Shown piece by piece: positions 53,241 to 64,000 of a DNA stretch of 64,000 bases. The notes under the pieces are model-generated. The model was given only the letters and a program-made list of their open reading frames with translations. It did not search any database and was not told where the DNA came from. Made by a program: the position numbers and the translations under genes. The stretch is from the NCBI RefSeq assembly GCF_006345805.1, contig NC_042999.1, forward strand, positions 86,738,001 through 86,802,000, read 5' to 3'. The DNA comes from Octopus sinensis (Eukaryota). Position 1 is the stretch's first letter. Each line of letters begins with the position of its first letter.

Positions 53241-53825
53241 ATAAAAAAAATTCTCAAGGATGCTCATCACTCAAAACAATAAGTCTAAGGGAAATAACTC
53301 TTGTACACTAGTACTTGGGTTTATCTCCCCTGACTAAGCGTTTTATTGCAATGTGAAAGGAACATTGTTTTTCTCTTCAGTGATTCTTAACCTTGACAGC
53401 GACGTTGGGAGCGAACAAGGGAGCGCTTTGCGAGGCGCTGGATATTTAGCGGAACCGTGATTTTCCTTACAGATTAGATATTTAAACCAGTGGTTCTCAA
53501 CCGGGTCCACATAAAATTTTTGGGATCCTGAGTAGGACATTTCTTTTTACTTGTTTCAGTCATTTGACTGCGGCCATGCTGGATCACCGCTTTTAGTCGA
53601 GCAAGTCGATCCCAGGACTTATTCTTTGTAAGCCTAGTACTTATTGTGTTGGTCTGTTTTGCCGAACCGCTAAGTTATGTGGACATAAACACACCAGCAT
53701 CGGTTGTCATGCGATATTGTGTGTGTGTGGGGGGGGACAAACACAGACACACATACACACACACACACACACACATACACACACACACACACATACACAC
53801 ACACATACACACACACACACACACA

Positions 53826-53895
<70 letters not shown>

Positions 53896-56800
53896 ATATA
53901 CACATACATATATATACGACGGGCTTTCAGTTTCTGTCTACCAAATCCACTCACAAGGCTTTGGCCGGCCCGAGGCTATAATAGTTGTGTACTGGGGTTG
54001 ATCTAATTGACTGGCCCCCTCCCCCAAAATTTTGGTCCTTGTGTCTAGAGTAGAAGTGAATATTTATAACCAATATTAACATGCTGTTATTTATTACTTT
54101 ATTTGCTTTGAAATTCACCATTCCTAAAAAAACTATTTGCATTTTATTTAAAATTGTAATTGTAATATTGCTTTTTACTCTTATTTGTGTGTACTTATAA
54201 TATAAATCTAATATAATTTCATTGTGCATTTTTCTTTCTTCTTGTGTTTTATTCAGCATACTCTTCATTTACTTTTGGCTGTCATTGCTTTCTTTCTTTA
54301 CTTGGCTTATTGCTGCTTTCTGTCTTTGCTTTTACCATTTTCTGATCATTTGTGGTGCACTTCAGCACTGTATACAATAAGCTCATTATACACATTCTGT
54401 TTTATGCTGAATATTCACGTTTGCTGCTCAGAATTTCTTTATGAGCATTTGTTCAATGACAAAAAGCTGAAGGAACACACACATATGTGCGTGTGTGTGT
54501 TGGTGTTATGAAAGGCATCCAACCATAGAAACCATGCCAAAGCAGACACTGGAGCTCGGCATAGTCCTCAAACTTTCCAGCTCCTGTCAACCCATCCAAT
54601 CCATGCCAACATGGAAAAATGAAATTAAATGATGATGTTGATTACGTAACACTTCACAAATATTTAAGCAGAAGCACATGCATGACAGTATAATATTAAA
54701 AAAAAATGGATAATAAACTATGAAGCAAAATCAACTCCCATTTGATTAAAATAATCTATTTATCTATTTACTTATTTATTGCAGAACATGAGGTGGGGGT
54801 TTTGAAGAATGCCATTTGGTGAAAGGGAACACTTAGTTACAAAAGTTGAGAACAACTGCTCTATAATCTAAAATGATCTCTGGAAGTTATTTGACCCCTG
54901 CACAGGCTAATGATATAGAATTAAGAAAGTTTCTGAAAATAGAAAGTGAACTTTTAATTAAGTATGAAGATTATATCTGCTTACTCTTGGAAGAGCGAAT
55001 ATGTGAAATTTACTGAAACTTCAGAATGGAACAATTAATGTACTTTAGAGTTGATAGAAATGCTTTGTGGCATTTCTTGCAGCTTGTTACATTCTGAATT
55101 CAAATACTGCCAAGGTCAACTTTAATAGTCATCCATTCAAGGTCAGCAAAGTAAGTACAAGTCAAGTACTGCGTTCACTGTAATTGACTGATCCCTTCCA
55201 CTAAAAGTACTGACCTTCTGTCAAAATTTGAGACCATTATCTTTATCATGGCAGTGAGCTGACCAAATTGTTAGCACATTGGACAAAATGCTTTGTGGCA
55301 TTTCTTCCATCTCTGTATATTCTGAGTTGAAATTCTTCCAAATTAACTTTGCCTCACATCCTTTCAAGCTCAAGAAAACAAGTACCAGTTGGGTCACTTG
55401 GGAAGTTGTGAAAGGGGGAGACCCAGGAAAACATGGGACAAAGTATTGAAGGCCGATCTCAAAACACTGAACCTTACAAAAGAGATAAACAGAGGAATGA
55501 GATATGTGATGCATTGCTGTTCATGAGAAGACCACAACAGAATTGAGGTCCTAAAACCAAGGTGCCACATAAAAAGCATTGGTGTGGGTGTTGATGTCAC
55601 ATAAGAAGCACTAGTGATGGTGCCACATAGAAAGCATCCAGTACACTTGTGGAGTGGTTAGCACTAGGAAGGGCATCCAGCCATACAAACCAAGCCAAAA
55701 CAAACAATGAAACCTAGTGTGGCATCTGGCCTCACCAGTTCCTGCTAAGCCATTCAGTCCATGCCAGCATGGAAAATGGACATACAATGTTGTTGTTGTT
55801 GTTGATGATGATGATTTACTCCATTCCCTAAAACTGTTGATTTTGTACCTAAATGCAAAACCATCATCATCATAATCATCATTATCATTATTATGATAAC
55901 ATTTGATTTGCATATGACTGCCTTTTCTTCCTGTCATAATGCATTACTATTATTGAATAATTCTGCAGTTAATTTCCTTCTTTGAATAATAATAATATCC
56001 ATTTTGATAATAATAATAATAATAATTTTTCTTGCTCTTATTGTAGTAGTAGCAGTAGATTTTTTTTCTTTTCGTGTTTCTTTTATAACTTTTCCAAATA
56101 ACCAGAATCCATAGTGATGGCAGTGGTGGTGAGGTTAGTACTTACTCTTGGGAATTACATCATCCACAATATCTACTTAGAGCTAAGTGGAATCAGCTGT
56201 TGAGAGAGTCAAGCGTTGTGATATTGGAGCAGAACACAACGTTGGTGGGGCAGGATACAGTGCCAACATTTTAGCTGATTGTCTGGTACCCTGCTAAATC
56301 ACTCACCCATAGCCTTCTGAAAAAGACGGAATAGTAGTAGTAGTAGTAGTAGTAATGGTGGTGGTGGTGGTGGTGACGTTTGTAGTGATGCTAATGTATT
56401 AAGGCATGATCAAATATCTGTATTTGGAAAATAACATCATAAAATGTTGGCGTAAAGTAAGCAGATCAACAGGATTATGTGAGAAGCAATAATGTTATCC
56501 TTCTATGTGTTCTAGGGGACAAAGATCTTTTCTTCTTTTTGTTTTTCTTTCTACACGCCATCTGCTTTGTCTGTATAGTAATTCTATCCTGACATAACAG
56601 CAGGACAAAGAAAAGAGGGCAACATTAGGAGTAATAAGTTAACTGTTCCCTTGGCAAAATATCCGTAACAATAACATCATCATCTTCAGATGCAACAGAA
56701 ACAGCATCGCCACCGACAATACATTAATAGCTATCAACATCGGTGGTACAGGCTGTACATTTATAAACATCATCATCAGTGATATTGGGTGTACATTAAT

Positions 56801-57053
56801 AAGCATTACCATCAATTGTAAAGGATGTAATTAATAAACATCATAGTAGGCACAGGTTTGGCTATATGGTAAGAAGCTTGCTTCGCAACCACTTGGTTAC
56901 AGGTTCAGTCCCACTGTGCGGCATCTTGGGCAAGTGACTTCTACTATAGCCTTGGGCTGACAAAAGCCCTATGAATGGAATTGGTAGGCAGAAACTGTAT
57001 GAAGCCTGATGTGTGTGTGTGCGTATGTGTGTGTGTATATATATATATATATA

Positions 57054-58368
57054 AAGGTTTGGAAGCTGAAAGATCCTGTGAATGGACAGAGATTTAGAGA
57101 CATATTACTTGAAGCTTTTGATGAAATGGAGGTGGATATAGCATCACATAATGTGGAAGACAACTGGAGGTTCCTACAGGACTACTTGTTGAGAGCTACT
57201 AACCAGATCTGTGGATGGTGCAAAGTCCCCTCTCGACCCAAGGTAACATGGTGGTGGAACAATGTAGTTGTAGGGTCATTAAGGGAAAGAAACATGCATG
57301 GAAGAACTGGAACACCGGTGGTAGCAGGGAACTGTATCAAATTGCTAGAAGGGAAGTTGAGAGACAGGTTTTCTTAGCCAGAGGAGAAGCAGAAAAAATT
57401 TGCCAAAGACTTGAAGCATTTCATGTCGCAAGACAGAGTGTGAGAGAGAACCATTATGTCATAGGAGAGACATGTGTCTGCATGGATGATGACTCACTTG
57501 TATTTAATGAAGTTGCAACTTGGAGACGCCCCTATGAAAGGTTGCTAAATGAAGAGAATGAATGGGAGAAAGAGAGTCTGCCAAATGTTGACCCAACAGA
57601 GGGACCAGCTATCTGAATTGACAGTGCCTTGGTAGATAAAGCAATTAAGAGTATGAAGATAAGGAAAGCCCCCAGCCCATCAGGAATCACCAAAGAGATG
57701 CTTAAAATATATGGCAGTGTTGGCTTTAGTCTAGTTACCTGCATAGTCAATCAGGTGATACATAAAGGAAACATACCCAATGACTGGTGTAGCAACACCA
57801 TAGTCAATTGCTACAAAGGTAAAGGTGATGCATTAGATATGAATAATTACAGAGGTATCAAGTTGTTGGATCAGATAATGTCATGAAGAAGATCATAGCC
57901 CAATTAATTAGGGAGAGAGTTAGTTTAGATGAGATGCAGTTTTGGTTTGTGCCAGGGAAAAGCACCACTTATGCTATATTTCTGGTAAGACAACTACAGG
58001 AGAAATACCTAGCCAAAGATAAACCTCTCTACTTGGCTTTCGCTGACATGGAGAAAGCCTTTGACAGGATCCCCCTGATTCCTTATCTAGTGGTTAATGA
58101 GAGGAGTGGTTAGTGAGAGCTGTACAAGCCATGTACAGAGATGCTCTCAGTTAGATGAGGATTGGCAATGAGTATAGTGAATAATTCCGGGTAGGGGTAT
58201 GGGCCCACCAAGGATCAGTCTTCAACCCCTTCTTATTCATCATAGTCCTCCAGGCAATAACAGAGGAATTCAAGACCAGTTGTCCCTGAGAGCTCCTCTA
58301 TGCTGATCACCTTGCTATAATAGCTGAATCACTATCAGAACTAGAGAAGTTTCAGGTGTGGAAGCAAG
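57054..58368 (+). mobile_element. Third copy of the RTE family at 32895
   Basis: Same KESLPNVDPTEGPAI / NYRGIKLL / KAFD segments with multiple frameshifts. Confidence 0.92.
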
Positions 58369-60171
58369 ATCCAGAATATTCAAGGTGTTGCTCCAGCATG
58401 GCTGCAGTTAAATAACTGAAAAAGAAAATGAAGATATCAGTGATACTTGTACATTAATAACTTCAACCTCATTAATATGGGCTGTATAAGAATTGGTAGC
58501 TATTTCTATCATAGGCACAAGGTTACAAATTTTGGAAAGAAGAATATAGTCAATTTAATTTCCCCAGAATTGAATGGTATGCTGTCCAAAAGAGATAAAG
58601 TCAAATATCAGTGCTGGTGGGTATTGAACTCACAATATAAATACTACAAAATATACAGAATATAAATACTACAAAACTCTACCACACCGGTTAATTGTTG
58701 CAATATGACAATAGCAACAATTATTACAACACAGCAACTCTATCATAGTGACAGGTGCAGAGTGCCAATGAGAGGGCCTCTATCTGATTGCTTATTGCTA
58801 GAAGTAATAGTCATGTCACACCCAAATCACAAACCCCTGCCTTAAATAAAGATCACACTGAGGCATAGACTTATCTGCACTTCACTGTGTCCTTTATTTA
58901 AGGCTGAAATGACTTTGTTCATAGATATACTTTGTTATGCTTGACTTGAGGATAAACTGTATCAACATGTATAATAACAACTATAAGTAATGACATGACA
59001 AGAAAAGACTAATTTGCTTCGGTAGAAAAGGATTTATGTAAAAGGGAGTGGATAAAATAATTCCCCTATAGTAAAGGCATTAAATGTTCCCTAAGGCATT
59101 GGTTGGCCCAGGTTACTGTAGAGGGCACTTACCAAAGTGCTGAAACCATATGGTTGAGAAACAAACTTCTTAATCACTCAGCCATTCCATAAATCTCAGG
59201 GTTGTGTTGACTAAATAATGAAAAGTTATAGAGACAAGTAAAGTTCTATGACAAACTGAACATCATCATCGTCATCATTTTAATGCTTGCTTTTCCATGC
59301 TCATATGGGTCAAATGGAGTTTACTGAGACACAAGGTTTTGGTTAGCCTGGGACTATAGTAGAAGACACTTTTACCCAGAGTACCATGAAGTGGACTGAA
59401 CCCAGAACCAAATAGTTGGGAAGCAAACTTCTGATGATACAGCCAGCCTGTGTCCACACAAACACACAGTTAAAATTTGTGCAGAGGATTAGTAAATATT
59501 CTAAACATTATAAAGATGATGTGTGAACTGAATCACATAAAGGCTTCATCATATTTACTTATGAGAAATTTATTATTATTTATATTGTATCATTATTATG
59601 TATATAATATATAGCATTTATCATCTTCATCATCATTTAATGTCTATTTTCCATGCTGTTTTGGGTTGGATTGTTTGACAGGAGTTGGCAAGCTGGAGGG
59701 TTGCACCAGGCTCCAGTCATCTGTTTTGGCAAGGATTCTACAGTTGGATGCCCTTCCTAATGCCAACTGCTTTACAGTGTGTAATGGGTGCTTTTATATG
59801 TGGTGCCTGCATGAGTGCTCTTTATATGGCACCAGCCCAGGTGCTTTTTATGTAGCACCAGCACTTGTAGAGTCACCAGAGGAAATACTTTGTTACCACA
59901 GTAGGACAAGGAAGTGGAGAGGGTGGTGGCAGTGGTGGGATTATGGCCATAAAAGACATTCCTGTGTATATAGATGACCATGGTTTTACTTAGCTTACAT
60001 GATATAAAATGTTTACAACAAAATAGTCATGTGTTTGACTTCAAATGAGATGACATTAGGATTCATGAATCCAAAGATATAAGAAGACAAGAACTACAAA
60101 TATAGCTTTAACTAACATGTATTCCTTTGTAATATATTTTCAAATATTTCATGTAATTTTTCCATTTTCAG

Positions 60172-60324
60172 TCATGGGGCTTCCAAAAAGGAAGGCGGCA
60201 TTTGGTGCGGAAAAAAGTATGCACACAGAATGAGCTTAGTCAAGATGTACCAAGTGAAATCATTTTGGACAACAACGATATCAAAGACCAGAAGTGCTTC
60301 ATCAGTGTGAATGCAAATATAGTT
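60172..60324 (+). CDS. WDR97: WDR97-like exon 5
   Basis: Acceptor tttttccattttcag, donor GTT|GTAAGT, 153 nt, phase 0-0. SWGFQKGRRHLV... resembles the recalled WDR97 W.F..G.R.LV segment. Confidence 0.85.
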
Positions 60325-60711
60325 GTAAGTTAGTTACTTTATTAATTTTACAGCCCAAAGTCAGCCAATTTGGGTATCTTGTGCATGGTTTAGTGGTTAG
60401 GGTGTTGGACTCATGATTGTAAGATTGTAGTTTCAAATCCTGGACTGGATGATGTGTTGTGTTCAAGAGCAAAGCATTTCATTTCACATTACTCTAGTCA
60501 ACCCAGCTGGCAAAAATGAGTAATCCTGTGACAGACTATCGTCTCATTGAGGTGGGGATAAATATGTGCCACAGAAACCAGGAAACCAGCCCTACGGGTC
60601 TGTATAGCTTGAGAAGGATCTTTATCCTTATCTATCTTTAATTTAGGTATCTTTGGGAGTAAACAGAAGTTACATGGGAACCAGTACATGTGGGTAAGCT
60701 ACCTGTGCATT

Positions 60712-62291
60712 AGGGTGGAGCGAAAAATGCAACTTTCGAAATTGGGAACCAAGAATCAATATTTTGTTGCAAATTATGGTTAAAAGAAAGGTGTAGAAAG
60801 AACTTTATGGTTAAGTATTCTTTTCAGGCTCCATAAGACAATAGAAAATTTTTTAAATTACTATTTTTGGTTGAATTTTGGATTTCACGAATTATAAACC
60901 ATAACAAATACATATTTCTACATAGCGGAATGCAAAACAATAAATATAGTATCCTTAAGAAGTTATATACCAAATGTCAAAACAATTGGCTAATATCTTA
61001 AGGTTCTGCATTAACTATAAAGAAAACGGGAGTGTGAACTTCTCTCCAATGCCGTTGCAATGATCATTGTGTGTGGATGTATATCATACGTATGTGAAGT
61101 TTTCTGCTTTGTACCTTGACTTTAAACCATCGTATTAAAATTAATGATTGTGTTAAATTTAGTGTTGTTTACATTTAGTGATGACTTGTAAGCCAATAAC
61201 GTGTCATGATATTGGTACCCCATGTGATCTTAGTGAGTGAGTTTTGCCAACATACAAGGACGTATTAAAATGTCCTTTATTTGAATGAGAAAAAGAAAAG
61301 AATGTCGTTAAGAAAGATCCTTCAATTAAACAAATTATCAAGATTATAGTGGAAAAGATAATTCTTCTTTGGCAAATGGCATCCATCCCTTGTGTTATGA
61401 TTGAGTCAGTTAAACTGAAAATCTTAAACTTTTATCTAAAGTACCAAGCATTACTAAAATCTGTGAAAAAAGAGAAAATGTGCTCTCATTTCAAACAAAG
61501 TGTAATGTGTTTAAAAACAATGCAACAAAAGATTTATCTGACATTTCCTGTTGCAAGTGCAACTTCTTCAAAAACTGCAGATGTAGTAGAGACAAAAATG
61601 GACCACAGAAAAAACAAGATTTTTACAGGATCAATGGACAAATCAAAAAATGATCATTGGCAGAATAGATGAAGCAGTTTCTAAACAGAACATTCATAGG
61701 TTGATTAGAAAGAATCGGCCAGATTACAGTTGCCCCTTTATGTCAGCAAATGAAAGTAAGATTTTCGGTTTAACTGACTCAGTTGTAACACAAGGGTTGG
61801 ATGCCTTTTGCCAAAGAAGAATGAATTTTTCTGCTACAATTTTGACAATTTTGTTTAATTTAATTGAATATATGTGTAATCTAAACCTCATGTAACACAT
61901 ATTCAGTGACCTAGTATTAAAAATAATAAAGAAAACAAAGTCGAAAAGTCTATTTATTTCACATAATTTTGAAGTTTCAAGTGTGTTGTGGAGCCTGAAG
62001 ACATAAATTTTAGAGCTTGAGATTTTAACCCTCTTGTTTTTAAAGGATTTTGCAAAAGGAAGTTGATTTGTAATAATGAAGGTAAAAAATAAAATGAGGA
62101 ACAGCAAATGTGTTATAAATTGATTTTTCACTCGTTATTCAAAATTTCAAGTGGGCTGCAGAGCCTGAAAATGTAAATTTAAGAACTTTAGATTTTATCA
62201 CAGTTGTTTTTAAAGGATTTCACAATAAAAAAATATATTCTTGAAAACATATTTTGAAAATCTGTAAAAAGTATCTTTTTCACTCCACCCT
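60712..62291. mobile_element. DNA transposon remnant, possibly Sola-type
   Basis: TIRs AGGGTGGAG(C/T)GAAAAA. Decayed W..ASIP and DI.CCKC....CRC...MIIGRID segments. Superfamily assignment is from memory. Confidence 0.5.
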
Positions 62292-63637
62292 GTTGAGCCT
62301 TACAGGATATATGTCTGTATGATGATTTATATCTTATCTTTTATCTTTTACTTGTTTCAGTCATTGGACTGCAACCATGCTTGGGATCCACCTTCAAGGG
62401 TTTAGTCAAACAAATTAATGCCAGTACTTATTTTTAAGTCTGGTATAAATACCTTATGGTATTTGTCCTGGCCATTTTTGTGCCATGAGTTTAAATCCTA
62501 CCTAGCTCAAATTTGCTTGTCATTTCTTTGGGATCAACTAATAAAGTACCAATTGATACTTCTTCTCTTTCTCACCCCTTCTCCTCTCTCTTTCCCCTCT
62601 CTCTCTCTCCTTCTTCATCCCTCTTTTTTTATCTCTCTCCTCACTCACCCCACCTCTCCCTGGAATAATTCAACTGTGATTAGACCTTGAGAGGGAAGGA
62701 CTCTGCCAGATTTTGACACCCAAAACATGTTGTATGGCACAACCAGTGCTACCTTAAGGCAAGTGTTATGCGTCCTGAAGCACCAAACACCCAGGACGCC
62801 CATGGCCAAGTTAATATAATTTCTTTATTTATTGCCTACAGGGGGCTAAACATAGAGGGGACAAACAAGGGCAGACAAAGTGATTAAGTTGATTACGTTG
62901 ACCCCAGTGCATAATTGATCCCGAAAAGATGAAAGGCAAAGTTGACCTTGGTGGAATTTGAACTCAGAACAAAATACTGGTAAATGAAATACCGCTAAGC
63001 ATTTTGCACAGCATGCTAACGATTCTGCCAGCTCGCCGCCCTGAAAACTAATACCATTAAACCTGTATCAATAGTGGTGGAGGCCCATTTTTTTGTACAG
63101 CACTTGGACTCAGAAGCATGCATATAATGTTGTTTTATCTTTTACGTGTTTCATTCGACTGCATCCCTCAAAGGGTTTGGTTAATCGAACCAACTCTAGA
63201 ACTTTTTCCTAAGCTTGGTACTTATCCTATCAATGTGTTTGCTAAACTGCTAAGTTATGGGGACATAAACAAACCAACACACATACATACATAAGCATAT
63301 ACTTGATGGGCTTCCTTCAGTCTCTCTCAACCAAATCCACTCACGAAGCTTTGGTCAGCTCAGGGCTATGGTTGAAAACACTTGCCCAAGGTGCCATGCA
63401 GTGGGAATGAGCTCAGAACCATGTGGTTGGGAAGCAAGATTCTTACCACATAGCCTATGTTTATAGATATATACAAAGGTAAATATTAAATATCAATATG
63501 TAGTTTATTTCCAGTTTGTGTAACTTTTACTCCTTTCTAATATGAAAATATAACTACATGTCAATAAAATGGGATATTATTTATTCTATTTATAACACAA
63601 AAGACCAAGTTTTAGTATATATTTTATTTATTTTCAG

Positions 63638-63761
63638 GTGTTTTTTGTGCAATTCATGAACTTTCTGTATTCAAAACAAAGGCTTCATCAAACTAGAATA
63701 TGTGCAATGACTTACTTCAAAACATATCAGTTGCTTATAACTGGTTCTGAAGATGGTTGTA
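63638..63761 (+). CDS. WDR97: WDR97-like exon 6 (gene continues beyond window)
   Basis: Acceptor ttatttattttcag, donor GTA|GTAAGT. VFFVQF...LHQTRICAMTYFKTYQLLITGSEDGC is a canonical WD40 repeat (H...I....Y.....LITGSEDG). Confidence 0.88.
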
Positions 63762-64000
63762 GTAAGTAATTCTTTCAACTCTCTTATCATTACTAGAACA
63801 ATATTTATCATACTTAAAGTAAAAAGGTAATGATAAAATTACCTCCTTGAGCCATACCGACTCATAAGGGCCAATTTCCCAGTATCTATGGCATAAAATT
63901 CCCCACCTGGATGGGACGTCAGTCCACCACAGAATTACTCATTTTTGCCAGTTGAGTGGACTGGAATTAATGTGAAATCCAGTGTTTTGCTCAAGAACAC

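Noticed and set aside
55780-56830. Low-complexity purine/trinucleotide region as a possible coding exon
   Set aside because: Decayed (ATC)/(AAT)/(TAG)/(TGG) repeats with no splice-bounded frame.

Overview
Repeat-rich eukaryotic genomic DNA. The tRNA-headed SINE families, RTE LINE tails and (TA)/(CA) microsatellites suggest a coleoid cephalopod, probably Octopus; this is inferred from repeat content, not from a search. The only well-supported host gene is a WD40-repeat gene resembling WDR97/KIAA1875. It has six GT-AG coding exons on + from 27147 to 63761 (about 270 aa, continuing past the window) and an RFX X-box-like motif 5 nt before its ATG. The rest is decayed mobile DNA: two mariner remnants, a Tc1-like element, a Penelope-like RT/GIY-YIG element, a Tx1/L1 LINE, several RTE LINEs, a Helitron PIF1 fragment, a Sola-like remnant, MITEs and dozens of SINEs. 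The most interesting unexplained signals are minimal hammerhead-ribozyme motifs in a dispersed repeat, long intronic dsRNA-forming structures, an orphan exon at 7.6 kb and a CpG-decay step at the gene start. None of these is proven to be a new system. Most repeat boundaries were read by eye and are approximate.
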